Below, piece by piece: positions 17,724-27,171 of a DNA stretch of 64,000 nucleotides. Under the pieces are notes generated by a model. It did no database searches, was not told the DNA's origin, and saw only the letters and a program-made list of their open reading frames with translations. A program made the position numbers and the translations under genes. The stretch comes from a virus: positions 1 through 64,000 of the IMG/VR virus record IMGVR_UViG_3300025108_004281, one strand, 5' to 3'. Numbering within the stretch: the stretch's first letter is position 1; each line of letters opens with the position of its first letter.

Positions 17724-18700
17724 GCGTTAAGTATTTCTCCAAATTCTGTTGCGGCATCTGTAAGTTTAGGCATATTCCACTTGTTACAGAATTTCATAAA
17801 ATGTATTCCTACATTTTGCACTTTGTCTTTGTTAGATGATTCGTTAAATACTTCTCTAATAGCAGTTTTAATTTCATCTGGTTGTTGTGTAAGATCAATA
17901 AGTATTTTATTACGTTCAAAGTCATCTATTACTCTGTGCTCTTGCTCATTGTGATCTACCCAACGTTGTAACATAAAGTTATTGTAGTCAAAGCCTCCAC
18001 GTTCCATATCAGCATAGGCTTCTAGCATACCTGTTTTGTTTTTACTGCCTTTCTTTCTAGCACCTGGAAAAGCAGAGAAGATGTTATCTGATGTATCACC
18101 TCTTACACACTTTTCAAACAGTAACCATTTAGGGTCTGGTACTGCTTTAGGCTCTTGTGTCTTTTTATCAATAGCACGTTTCATAGTCTTTGCTTCGTAT
18201 ATGCCATCTATCTTTACTATTTGGTCTGTTACACCATTATACTGACTGATGTTATTGCTTATAAGTTGATAAAAGTCACTGTCTGTGCTAACAATAACGT
18301 GTTCGTCATTTGGGTGTTCTTGTGTCCACATAGCAATTAAATCATCTGCTTCAGATTGTGGTTGATGTAATACAGTACAATTAGTCTTAGTCTTTAAGTA
18401 ATCAACAAAGTGATCGTATGCTTCAAAAAATATTTCATCTTCTTCTTGTTGACTAGGAGACCTTTGATCCATTGTGACCTTTCTATTCTTCTTGTAAGGT
18501 TCGTAAAAGTCTTTACGCCATGAACGTCCTTCTAAACAGAATATTACATGATCACCATCAAACTCTCTCCACACTTTCTTTACACTATTAAACATGATGT
18601 GCATTGCCATACCAACTTTCATATCAATATCGCTAGTACGAGCAGTCACATGTTTTGCTCTAAAGAACATGTTAAGTGTGTCAACTAAAATGTATTTCAT
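17708..18700 (-). CDS. rnh: RNase H / 5'-3' exonuclease (T4 rnh-like)
   Basis: ILVD, WRKDFY..YK.NR, EADD, STDSDFYQL, GDTSDNI. Confidence 0.9.
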   Translation of the reverse strand: MKYILVDTLNMFFRAKHVTARTSDIDMKVGMAMHIMFNSVKKVWREFDGDHVIFCLEGRSWRKDFYEPYKKNRKVTMDQRSPSQQEEDEIFFEAYDHFVDYLKTKTNCTVLHQPQSEADDLIAMWTQEHPNDEHVIVSTDSDFYQLISNNISQYNGVTDQIVKIDGIYEAKTMKRAIDKKTQEPKAVPDPKWLLFEKCVRGDTSDNIFSAFPGARKKGSKNKTGMLEAYADMERGGFDYNNFMLQRWVDHNEQEHRVIDDFERNKILIDLTQQPDEIKTAIREVFNESSNKDKVQNVGIHFMKFCNKWNMPKLTDAATEFGEILNACQKQ

Positions 18701-19113
18701 TATTCCTTCGCTTCTTTGTCTTCGTCTGTTACTGTTATGACATCATTACTGTTAGGTGCCATATCCTGCATACCAAAGTCCATGTCAGCCATTTCTTGTT
18801 GCAGTATAGTTCTGCACAAATCGTTAAACCATGCATTTACAATGTCGTCATCGCTTTTGCCACTGTAACCGTTTGTCTGTAACATTGTAACAAATTGCTC
18901 GTTAAAGTCAAGTTCAACAAAGCCTTTTTTAGGATTTATTGGATCAACATCCATTTGCAATACGTTTACATAAGGCTTATCTTCAATAGTAGCAAGTTCT
19001 TTTTCTAACTCGCCGCCAGTTAAATCTCTATTAGCAATAGCAATACGTCTATCCTTTTCGCTTTTGAACCATAATTTAGGGTCCATCATATCTTTAAACT
19101 TCATCTTTGCCAT
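18700..19113 (-). CDS. Conserved large-phage hypothetical protein
   Basis: ELDFNEQFV..L...GY.G..DDDIV..WF. Confidence 0.65.
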   Translation of the reverse strand: MAKMKFKDMMDPKLWFKSEKDRRIAIANRDLTGGELEKELATIEDKPYVNVLQMDVDPINPKKGFVELDFNEQFVTMLQTNGYSGKSDDDIVNAWFNDLCRTILQQEMADMDFGMQDMAPNSNDVITVTDEDKEAKE

Positions 19114-19246
19114 CTTCTTTCTCCTTTAATTGTTGATAGTATGTTAGGCTACAACTAGCACCACAAAATATTTTAGTTTTATCTGCTGTATGATATTTTA
19201 TATCTAAATAATTTACGGCCTTGCTACAGATAAAACACTTATACAT
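19094..19246 (-). CDS. Small Cys-rich protein (TRASH/FCS-like zinc finger), 50 aa
   Basis: Manual: MYKCFICSK...KIFCGASCSLTYY; CxxC...FCxxxC. Confidence 0.55.
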   Translation of the reverse strand: MYKCFICSKAVNYLDIKYHTADKTKIFCGASCSLTYYQQLKEKEDGKDEV

Positions 19247-19251
19247 AAATT

Positions 19252-19665
19252 TTATTCTTCCTCAACCGCCAAATACATACTTTTTATTGTACAAGGATAT
19301 TTTCCTTTATTTGTCCAACCTATAGGCGTGATGTTGTCTCCCTTACCAATAAAAGTAGTTCCTGCCCATGAGTTGAATTGCAAGGCTGAAGCATACTGTA
19401 TGTCCCAGCATCTATTATAAAACTCTACATCTATTTTTTTCTTATTTGTAAATCTTAGAGTTAGTATATTTTCCTCATCATTCCATTCCCAACCTCTAAC
19501 TCTTGTGTAATTAAATGTGTTAATTTCTAAAGCATCTTTAGTAACAGGAATACCGTGTTCAGTATACCCTATAACTTTGTCATCTGCAAATGCCCATGCT
19601 ACCCATAAAGGTAATGTGACTATAATTGTAAATTTAATAATATGTTTGTGAAAAAACTCTTCCAT
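19252..19665 (-). CDS. Exported protein, DUF6491-like
   Basis: Signal peptide (WAWAFA); VRGW...C..I.YA..L...GD.I...CTI. Confidence 0.45.
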   Translation of the reverse strand: MEEFFHKHIIKFTIIVTLPLWVAWAFADDKVIGYTEHGIPVTKDALEINTFNYTRVRGWEWNDEENILTLRFTNKKKIDVEFYNRCWDIQYASALQFNSWAGTTFIGKGDNITPIGWTNKGKYPCTIKSMYLAVEEE

Positions 19666-19666
19666 T

Positions 19667-20554
19667 TTATTTTCCTATTGCATTTCCGTATATATGAACG
19701 TGGACTCTGCTTGTATAATTGTATCCACGTTGTATAGCCTCATCGGCAATGGTGGCTTCAGTTTGTACTAAGCCTTCAAATGTGCCGCCAACTCCCATAA
19801 TCCATACAGGGAAATTACAGCCAGCATCTCTAAACAGTTTTACATTGTCTTCCACTTCTTGCCAACTTGCTTCTGAGCCATTAACAACAAACTTCAATTG
19901 TCCTTTAGGACTTACTTCAGCATATCTACCAATTACTTCTGGCTGTATTGCTTTCTTAGGCTTCTCACCAGCAGTACTCCATAACTTAGGCGATAAACTC
20001 CAATACCATTCTCTGCCTATCCAACCTGTATAATTACGATGTACCCAATCAGCAAATTCATCTGTGATAGGCTTGGTGCCGTTAGTTTCCACAGTAACGT
20101 TCATTGGCATATTATCTCTGCGTTTGAACTCTTCTATAATGTTCATCATGCCAGGCTGTGTGTTTTTAAGCATTGGCTCGCCGCCTGTAAAGACCATGTG
20201 TGCGTTTTGTTGTGTAACTGGGTGTACAAACTTACCGTGCGGTAGAAGTGCTGTAAGTTCGTCTACGGCTTCATCTACAGTTTTATCAGTGATAAGATGT
20301 TTATATTTCTTACTCCAAGTGTAACTGCTATCACAACCTTTTTCAAACACAGGTAAATCAAATACATTAGTGATGTCTGTGATATCTAATTTTTCATATG
20401 GTAAATCATATGTGCTAGGGTCTGTTGGGTCTTTTTGTCCAAAGCCATTACATTGTAAATTGCATAGGAAGAATCTCATCCACAGACTAGGGATACCTAC
20501 ATACTGGCCTTCCCCTTGTGCTGAATAAAATGTTTCGCTATACTTTAATGTCAT
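19667..20554 (-). CDS. queE: 7-carboxy-7-deazaguanine synthase QueE (radical SAM)
   Basis: ETFYSAQGEG, R...CNLQC...GCDS, FTGGEP, VETNGT, SLSPK, RVH. Confidence 0.9.
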   Translation of the reverse strand: MTLKYSETFYSAQGEGQYVGIPSLWMRFFLCNLQCNGFGQKDPTDPSTYDLPYEKLDITDITNVFDLPVFEKGCDSSYTWSKKYKHLITDKTVDEAVDELTALLPHGKFVHPVTQQNAHMVFTGGEPMLKNTQPGMMNIIEEFKRRDNMPMNVTVETNGTKPITDEFADWVHRNYTGWIGREWYWSLSPKLWSTAGEKPKKAIQPEVIGRYAEVSPKGQLKFVVNGSEASWQEVEDNVKLFRDAGCNFPVWIMGVGGTFEGLVQTEATIADEAIQRGYNYTSRVHVHIYGNAIGK

Positions 20555-21243
20555 TACTTATCGCAAGAATATTGTTGTTGTAGTTTAATGTTATCCATAA
20601 ACTCTTTCTTTGTACCTGCGTCATTTTTAAATGCGCCTTTTAATACAGTTGTTTGTGTAAGACTACTATGTGCCTTAACACCTCTGTTCTCTACGCAACC
20701 ATGTGTGGCTTGTACATACACACCTAAGTGCTCGGCCCCTGTTGCTTTTTGAATCTCTCTAACAATGTCGTTAGCAAGTTCTTCTTGTAATGTACCTCTA
20801 GCCGCACACCATTGTGCAATCCTAGTGTACTTACTCAAACCAATTAGTTTGTCTGCGGCAATGATACCAATGTATGCCACACCTCTAACAATCTGATGGT
20901 GATGTGAACACATACTTGTGAGTTCACTTCTTACAACCAGCATACCTTCATATCTATCTTCGCTGTCGTTAGGGAAAGCAGTTGCATTAGGCATGTTTTC
21001 GTATCTACCAGCCATTAGTTCATTAATATACATTTTAGCAAGACGCCTACCAGTATCATTACTGTTAGGATCATTTTCAGTATCAATAACCAAGCCTTGT
21101 AATACATCCTCGAACTTAACCGCAAGTTCGTCAATCAGTTGTTGCTTCTCTCCGTCTTCAATAAAGTCAGAGATATTGTCGCCGGCCCAATGTCTTTTGC
21201 CTGCCTCAACTAATCTTTGTTTAATTTTTTTACTTGTTTCCAT
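20554..21243 (-). CDS. folE: GTP cyclohydrolase I
   Basis: SMCSHH, IGLSK..R, LQEEL, HGCVENRG, EF. Confidence 0.95.
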   Translation of the reverse strand: METSKKIKQRLVEAGKRHWAGDNISDFIEDGEKQQLIDELAVKFEDVLQGLVIDTENDPNSNDTGRRLAKMYINELMAGRYENMPNATAFPNDSEDRYEGMLVVRSELTSMCSHHHQIVRGVAYIGIIAADKLIGLSKYTRIAQWCAARGTLQEELANDIVREIQKATGAEHLGVYVQATHGCVENRGVKAHSSLTQTTVLKGAFKNDAGTKKEFMDNIKLQQQYSCDK

Positions 21244-21442
21244 GTTCTTCTTTCTCCTTTATAGAAATTTCATGTTTAAGTTGTTCGATGTCTTGCTTGA
21301 GTTTAAGTTTCTGAAATTTGTGCTTTTTAACAATTTCATCATTATCATAATGATCATACTCCTCGTTAATTGCTTTATCTAACTCTCTGTGCCTTGCTTC
21401 TAAGACACTAAGATGATTTTTCAAACTTCTTGATGTACTCAT
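21230..21442 (-). CDS. DUF465/YdcH-like coiled-coil protein
   Basis: L..RHRELD..I...KLKLKQDI. Confidence 0.7.
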   Translation of the reverse strand: MSTSRSLKNHLSVLEARHRELDKAINEEYDHYDNDEIVKKHKFQKLKLKQDIEQLKHEISIKEKEEHGNK

Positions 21443-21611
21443 TGTCTTCCCTTAAGATACCATTTTCCCAATTCTCTGCAACATCCTGTGCATAGTGTAT
21501 CGACTTATCTCTAACGTCAATTTTACCAAAAGCATCACCGTCTTTTAATAGATGTACTATGTAACCAGTACCATCTACATTTACTATTTCTGCTGTTCTC
21601 ATCTCCACCAC
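21408..21611 (-). CDS. Hypothetical protein
   Basis: KSIHYAQDVAENW..G phage-type motif. Confidence 0.55.
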   Translation of the reverse strand: MVEMRTAEIVNVDGTGYIVHLLKDGDAFGKIDVRDKSIHYAQDVAENWENGILREDNEYIKKFEKSS

Positions 21612-22087
21612 TCCTCATACGGAAACACTATCCAACGTTCTTGATCGGGTAATACATTGTTAGCAGTAAATTCAACTTTGTCAAAACTGCTAGACTCTTT
21701 ATCAAACAATGTAGCATATCTAATATCCTGATGTGCATAAGCCATCTTATTAGTTGTGCTATCTACATAGTCTGTGATTACCTTATCAATACCTTGTAAT
21801 GTTGTTCCAGTATCATTAATATCGTCAACAACTAAAACTGTTTTATCATTGTATTTAGATAAAATATGTCTTAGAGTCTCCGAATCTTCGATATGTGCGT
21901 CTCTAGTTTGCCATCTAAATGCTTCAAATGGCACTTCATAGTAATGACTCATCATTACACCAAAGGCATACGCACCTCTTCCAGGACCAATTATAACTTC
22001 AGGCTTGTAACTTTCATGTGCCATTTCTCGCACAATAATTCTACAATCTCTGTTTAAGTCGTCCCAACTATAATATAGTTTATCCAT
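21599..22087 (-). CDS. Purine phosphoribosyltransferase (Gpt/Hpt-like)
   Basis: PRPP loop VVDDINDTGTT, RG, WIVFPYE. Confidence 0.85.
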   Translation of the reverse strand: MDKLYYSWDDLNRDCRIIVREMAHESYKPEVIIGPGRGAYAFGVMMSHYYEVPFEAFRWQTRDAHIEDSETLRHILSKYNDKTVLVVDDINDTGTTLQGIDKVITDYVDSTTNKMAYAHQDIRYATLFDKESSSFDKVEFTANNVLPDQERWIVFPYEEWWR

Positions 22088-22093
22088 GTTCTT

Positions 22094-22124
22094 ATTATAC
22101 CATTTTTTGTGGCCAATGTCAACC
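22094..22124 (-). promoter_or_regulatory. TTGACA-17-TATAAT promoter, leaderless (6 nt to ATG)
   Basis: -35 22117-22122, -10 22094-22099; 24 bp identical to the promoter at 28581-28604. Confidence 0.8.
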
Positions 22125-22696
22125 TATCTTTCAAAGTCGTTTTCTAATAAAACAAAGTCCACTTTATCAAAATCATCTAAGTTTATTTTAGATGCCTCCT
22201 CTACAATATCTCTGCCAGTAAATTCTAAAAACAATTTAAGTTCTTTATAAAATCCAGCATCTAAAACAGGATTTAACACTTCGCTATCTCCTGATATATT
22301 ATATGTGTCGTCAAGAATCTTGCTACTAAGGTTTAAAACAACACCAAATGTCATTTTAAGACCTTCTGATAGCATATCATCAAAATCAGTTATTTTTTTA
22401 TATTTAAAGATATATCTGTTTAACATTCTTAAGTAGAATTCTGCAGATATTTCGTCAAGTTGTACTGATATTTTATTATCATCAAATTCAACTGCTTTAA
22501 ACACAGACAAATGACTTTGATCAAAATCTACATTATTACAAAAGAAATGTATAACATCTATTATTTCTTTATCAGTTACAGGAAATTTCTTTTTGATTAA
22601 ACTTAAATCATCTCCTTTGCCTATTGCACCGACAACTGACATAACAGGTGTACCTGTTCTATTAATAACGTTTACTGATTTACGTCTTCCTATCAT
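22124..22696 (-). CDS. Protein with DUF433-like N-terminus
   Basis: GTPV..V...I..G.....I...FP.T..EI...I.F. Confidence 0.45.
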   Translation of the reverse strand: MIGRRKSVNVINRTGTPVMSVVGAIGKGDDLSLIKKKFPVTDKEIIDVIHFFCNNVDFDQSHLSVFKAVEFDDNKISVQLDEISAEFYLRMLNRYIFKYKKITDFDDMLSEGLKMTFGVVLNLSSKILDDTYNISGDSEVLNPVLDAGFYKELKLFLEFTGRDIVEEASKINLDDFDKVDFVLLENDFER

Positions 22697-23688
22697 TTAT
22701 TTTTAATTACCTTGTTTTTATTGTCTACCCAAAACTTAGAATGTGCAAACATATCATCTAATGAATATGTTGGTTCCCAATCTAATAAAGTTTTGGCTTT
22801 AGATATATCTCCACATAAGTACGATGGATCTCCTGCTCTTCTAGGACCTACTTCATATTTTAAACTTTTTCCAACAACGTTTTGTGCTGAAATTATTAAA
22901 TCATGAATACTAAATCCTGTACCAGAGCCTAAGTTTACAATACCACTTTCACCGTCATTGCTTAAATGCTCTACTGCTTTTAGTTTAGCATTTGCTATGT
23001 CTTGTATATGACAGTAATCTCTAATGCAAGTACCGTCTTTAGTATCGTAATCATCGCCACAAATATTAAATACCTCGTCATTTGTAATTTTATCAATAAT
23101 GATAGGCATTACATGAGTTGCTGGTTCTTGTGTATAACCATTTTTACCTTCTGGGTCTGCACCAGCGGCATTAAAATATCTTGTACTAATATAATTTAAC
23201 CCATATGCTTTGCTGTAATCTTCTAACATAAGTTCTGTCATGTGCTTACTCATTGCATACGGACTCATTGGTGTTGGTGTAAGAGTTTCTGCAAATGGTT
23301 CTCTGCTATCTCTTTCACCATATACACTACTAGAACCGCTAAAGATAAAGTTTTTAACTCCTGCTTTAACACACATATCTAATAGTGCTTGAGTACCCGA
23401 CACATTATTTTTATAATACTTGCCAGGGTCAATAATACTATCAGGAACAACATGACTGGCCGCTAAATGTATAACCGCTTGTGGTTTAAACATTTCGAGT
23501 ATACCTGCTGTAGTTGTAGCCTGAAATTCATGTGGAAATAAAGTAGCACCTTCTGGTAGTGTCCACTTTCTGCTCGTGTTAGAATCTATAACAATTACGT
23601 CATATCCAGCACCTGCAAAAGTTTTACTTACCTGTGCACCAATAAAACCAAGTCCGCCTGTAATAACTACTGTTGGTTTATCACTCAT
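22693..23688 (-). CDS. galE: UDP-glucose 4-epimerase
   Basis: TGGLGFIG, IHLAA, YAMSK, RYFNAAGA, DGTCIRDY, RRAGDP. Confidence 0.92.
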   Translation of the reverse strand: MSDKPTVVITGGLGFIGAQVSKTFAGAGYDVIVIDSNTSRKWTLPEGATLFPHEFQATTTAGILEMFKPQAVIHLAASHVVPDSIIDPGKYYKNNVSGTQALLDMCVKAGVKNFIFSGSSSVYGERDSREPFAETLTPTPMSPYAMSKHMTELMLEDYSKAYGLNYISTRYFNAAGADPEGKNGYTQEPATHVMPIIIDKITNDEVFNICGDDYDTKDGTCIRDYCHIQDIANAKLKAVEHLSNDGESGIVNLGSGTGFSIHDLIISAQNVVGKSLKYEVGPRRAGDPSYLCGDISKAKTLLDWEPTYSLDDMFAHSKFWVDNKNKVIKNK

Positions 23689-23845
23689 CTTTATTTTCCT
23701 CCTTTGGATCTAAAAGTCCGCCCCAATCCTCAACTTCATCAACAACATCTGTAAGAGATCCTGCTGGTTTAGATTTAGTAGGTTGGACTACTGTCTCCTT
23801 GTTTCCTTTCTTTTCAGTGAAAGGAATACGTTTAATGTTAGGCAT
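23681..23845 (-). CDS. Small hypothetical protein
   Basis: Likely start MPNIKR at 23845; fills gap. Confidence 0.4.
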   Translation of the reverse strand: MPNIKRIPFTEKKGNKETVVQPTKSKPAGSLTDVVDEVEDWGGLLDPKEENKDE

Positions 23846-24020
23846 TATTTTTTGCGTCTTGAATCTCACCTCTTCTAACTTTCGCTAGTTTAGTAATTTC
23901 CATTAATGCCTTCCTTGCTCTTGTTGCCGATGCTTTTACGCCTTGGCCTTCTTTAAATTTTTCGTTTTCACTTACATACTCTTCGAAAAGTGCTTTAATT
24001 TTTAAATGTGTCTCTGTCAT
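23838..24020 (-). CDS. Histone H1-like (Hc1-type) small basic protein
   Basis: KF..G.KASATRARKAL.E..KL.K..R.EIQ. Confidence 0.7.
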   Translation of the reverse strand: MTETHLKIKALFEEYVSENEKFKEGQGVKASATRARKALMEITKLAKVRRGEIQDAKNNA

Positions 24021-24029
24021 AATTATCTC

Positions 24030-24620
24030 CTATGTGTTTTTAAATTGTACAGATTTAATTAAATCGTAATCGGCTCTATAAGCCTGTCTGACTACTGATT
24101 TATTAACGTCATTAACAATGTCTATTGATTGCATCAAACGTTTTGTTGCGTCAATGTTGAAACCATATTCATCATTGATTTGATTATAAATATTTTTGTT
24201 ATAATAAAAATAATCTATGATAGGGTTGGCATTATATTTTTTTATAATATCAAACATATCAATTAAGAAACTTTTTTGTGGCTTAAAATGTGCATCGTTA
24301 GATTCTAAATAAAATCCTTCATCACTAAAATTAAAAGTAACATAGTTTGTATGAGGTTCTACTTCTCTCCAACCTAAGTACATATTAATAGTACTGATAA
24401 ATCGTTCTACTGGATCTCTTAATATCACAATAAACCTACTTGGGCATTTTTCTTCTTCCCATAATGTAATTCTTTTCCAATCGTTATTTGTTTTTTCAAA
24501 ATCTCTAATTACACTTGTAGCACATTTAGGTACTAACAAGAATGCAATGTCCTCTTTTTTGTTGTATACACAATCACCTGGCATACAATTTGTATATTTG
24601 TTATCAATTGATGTTTCCAT
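24030..24620 (-). CDS. Sulfotransferase family 2 protein
   Basis: PKCATS, LRDPVERFIS, HFKPQ, Y..DY.L. Confidence 0.7.
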   Translation of the reverse strand: METSIDNKYTNCMPGDCVYNKKEDIAFLLVPKCATSVIRDFEKTNNDWKRITLWEEEKCPSRFIVILRDPVERFISTINMYLGWREVEPHTNYVTFNFSDEGFYLESNDAHFKPQKSFLIDMFDIIKKYNANPIIDYFYYNKNIYNQINDEYGFNIDATKRLMQSIDIVNDVNKSVVRQAYRADYDLIKSVQFKNT

Positions 24621-25179
24621 TGTCTACCTTATTAACGAACTTAACAGAGTCAATTAACTCATAGTCTTTTACATAAACATCTTTAATAATGTCAATATCA
24701 ACACTTTTTACTATTTTACTAAATCGATTTATATAATTTTGTTCCATATTTAAATTATAAAAATTATTTAAATCATCAATTATATTATTGTTTAACCAAA
24801 AGAAATCAATTTTACTTTTGTCCAAACCCTCAATAAAAGTATTTTGCGAAAAAAAGTGTGCATCGTTGCTTTTAAATATACCGTATTTGTTATCCTCTTT
24901 CCTAATGTCTACATAATTAGATGTAATCTTTCTAGGGTGCAAATACATATTTACAGCACTTATAAATCGTTCTACTGGATCTCTTAATATTACACAAAAT
25001 TTATCTATAGTAAGATCTTTTAAAATTATTTCGGTTTTATCAGTAATTGGTTTTAATGCACGTTTTATTGACGAAGAAGCATTCTTTGGTAAATGTAAAA
25101 TACCAAGATTACTTTTTTCTATATAAGCACCGCTGTATAGCGGATGTATAGAACCATTAATACCAATTACATTGTTCAC
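24604..25179 (-). CDS. Sulfotransferase family 2 protein (tandem paralogue)
   Basis: PKNASS, LRDPVERFIS, DAHF..Q, Y..DY.L. Confidence 0.7.
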   Translation of the reverse strand: MNNVIGINGSIHPLYSGAYIEKSNLGILHLPKNASSSIKRALKPITDKTEIILKDLTIDKFCVILRDPVERFISAVNMYLHPRKITSNYVDIRKEDNKYGIFKSNDAHFFSQNTFIEGLDKSKIDFFWLNNNIIDDLNNFYNLNMEQNYINRFSKIVKSVDIDIIKDVYVKDYELIDSVKFVNKVDNGNIN

Positions 25180-25607
25180 TTTAAACTCTCAAATACATCA
25201 ACTAAGTCTTGATCTGGGCCTTCCTCATGATCCTCAACAAAGTATTCCATTTCGCAACCGTTCTCGTTATCCTCGGCTACCGAAATCTTTATGTAGCGAT
25301 CAGGATACATTGCTTGTATCTCACTCGCTAAATCGTCTGCAATCATTTCACAACTCTTGTAATCTAATTGCAATGTGTCATGTGCATACAGTCTTTCCAT
25401 CCATCTCTTGAACTGTATAAATTCTACGTCTCTGTCATCATGAAACACTTCAAGCCATACCTTAAAGTGAAAGATGTGTCTGTGTGGATATCCTAAAAAG
25501 GATACATCGTCCCAATCGCCTGTTGCTAAATTAGGATCTTCCAAGGCGGCAGGGTACTTGTGAATACCCTCTTTACTGAATGTTACCCAAATACTTCTCA
25601 CTACCAA
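25176..25607 (-). CDS. queD: QueD-like 6-carboxytetrahydropterin synthase (T-fold)
   Basis: EGIH...HRHIFH metal ligands, DRDVEF, SCEMIA, V.ED.ENG; context with folE/queE. Start may be GTG 25601. Confidence 0.7.
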   Translation of the reverse strand: MVVRSIWVTFSKEGIHKYPAALEDPNLATGDWDDVSFLGYPHRHIFHFKVWLEVFHDDRDVEFIQFKRWMERLYAHDTLQLDYKSCEMIADDLASEIQAMYPDRYIKISVAEDNENGCEMEYFVEDHEEGPDQDLVDVFESLK

Positions 25608-25783
25608 CCTCCGTCAATTGTTTCCATTACTTCATTCATATGACCTAACAGTTGTGTGATAGGTTCATCGTAGTCACCAATCTCATAGTCAACGTCATCT
25701 TGTTCTTTGAACATTGCTTTTATTTGATCACCATACTGAACAATCTGTTCTAGTTGTTCTCTCATCTCATCTGATATTGCCAT
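25601..25783 (-). CDS. Small acidic hypothetical protein
   Basis: Start MAISDE with GGAGG RBS. Confidence 0.5.
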   Translation of the reverse strand: MAISDEMREQLEQIVQYGDQIKAMFKEQDDVDYEIGDYDEPITQLLGHMNEVMETIDGGW

Positions 25784-26193
25784 TACGCCTCCTTGCCTGG
25801 ATCCCACATAACTAGGTTTTTCTTTTTCAACCTATTAGTTATTATGGTATATCTATTTTGCTCTTCCTTCCATTCCTTTAACCATTTGTGTCCATCACGT
25901 TCTGCATCAACAAAGATTGCATTAGTAAATGCTAATGGTAGTAAAATAGAAATATGTATAATAATACTAGTAACAGTATTATAATCAAAGAATCCTAAGT
26001 AGTTTGCGGCTAAGAAGCCAAAGAACACACTCCATACAGTAAACAATACCAACATAAAGTATGTTTGTAAACTTGGGTCTTTAATTACTCTTAATGGATT
26101 GTATCTCACATCCATTACACGTCTCCAGCCTTTTACAAGTCCCATTACAGTTCTTCTAAATAAACTAGGTCTCTTTACACTAGGTTCTATCAT
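25783..26193 (-). CDS. Membrane protein (2 TM)
   Basis: VMDVRYNPL...two hydrophobic segments. Confidence 0.6.
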   Translation of the reverse strand: MIEPSVKRPSLFRRTVMGLVKGWRRVMDVRYNPLRVIKDPSLQTYFMLVLFTVWSVFFGFLAANYLGFFDYNTVTSIIIHISILLPLAFTNAIFVDAERDGHKWLKEWKEEQNRYTIITNRLKKKNLVMWDPGKEA

Positions 26194-26202
26194 TTCATTC
26201 TC

Positions 26203-26298
26203 CTATTCTATGTGATTTCTCACAAACTCTTTTATTACATGTAATCCTACTGATGCCCATGTAATTACTATTAAACTCCATATCAGTATCTCAATCAT
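26203..26298 (-). CDS. Small membrane peptide, 31 aa
   Basis: Manual: MIEILIWSLIVITWASVGLHVIKEFVRNHIE. Confidence 0.45.
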   Translation of the reverse strand: MIEILIWSLIVITWASVGLHVIKEFVRNHIE

Positions 26299-26515
26299 CT
26301 ACTTCAGGATCATATGTTTCTTGGCTATCGTCTTTATGCGGGTTACCGCCTTCGTACCAACTGCCCTCTTTTTCTTTATCTTTCCAACCGCTTTCAATGT
26401 GTAATCCTGCTGGGCGACCTTGTTGTTTGATCACTTCTAACTCACGGAGTATTTTAGCAACACCTTCGTCTATTGCTTTTTTAATCTGTGTATTAGTAGG
26501 ATGACCCATTACCAC
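26291..26515 (-). CDS. Hypothetical protein
   Basis: ORF track. Confidence 0.45.
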   Translation of the reverse strand: MVMGHPTNTQIKKAIDEGVAKILRELEVIKQQGRPAGLHIESGWKDKEKEGSWYEGGNPHKDDSQETYDPEVDD

Positions 26516-27171
26516 TTAACTCCTATTGTAACACTTAAAACATTATTGTCAATCGGATCTTCTGTGTAAGTGTTACTAAAACCTAATGATACCTTTTCAT
26601 TTAAACTATAATTAATTGCTGTTTCATTACGCAAATATGTATCTGTGCCTGTTTCATTTAACAACTTGTTAGTAATATTAAGACTGTCATTTAGTTTATA
26701 AAATACCCATAAACTGTTTCTAAGTATTGCTTCGTCTACTTCATCTGTGGTTAAGTATGCAACTGAAGCCTCATGACTTATTTTCCAATTATCATTTCTA
26801 AAAACTTTTATACCAATGCCGCCACCAGTAACTATTCTATCACCTGACAATCTCAATTTATCTCTATCATAACTTGAAACACTAAATGCATAATACTTAG
26901 GTGTAATATCTTTATTTGCTTTGCCTATAATACTAAACTTATCCATTTTGACTACGTCTTCTTGTTCCTTGTAAACATAGTCTGTTTCTACAACATAGTC
27001 AATAAGTGGATTATCCCATTCATGGTCTAGACTTAACTTTAATGTAGTTGTGTCGCTATTAATTTGGGTCCATCCAAATTTAGCATTGCCTGTTGCATTA
27101 GCAGGCATAGTAATTAATACTAATCCTACTATAACTAAAATAAACAATACTGCTTTTTTAATTCTGCTCAT
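26509..27171 (-). CDS. Outer-membrane beta-barrel, DUF481/YdiY-like
   Basis: Signal peptide, alternating beta-strand pattern, Y.RD...GGG.G, terminal aromatic W (VTIGVKW). Confidence 0.7.
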   Translation of the reverse strand: MSRIKKAVLFILVIVGLVLITMPANATGNAKFGWTQINSDTTTLKLSLDHEWDNPLIDYVVETDYVYKEQEDVVKMDKFSIIGKANKDITPKYYAFSVSSYDRDKLRLSGDRIVTGGGIGIKVFRNDNWKISHEASVAYLTTDEVDEAILRNSLWVFYKLNDSLNITNKLLNETGTDTYLRNETAINYSLNEKVSLGFSNTYTEDPIDNNVLSVTIGVKW

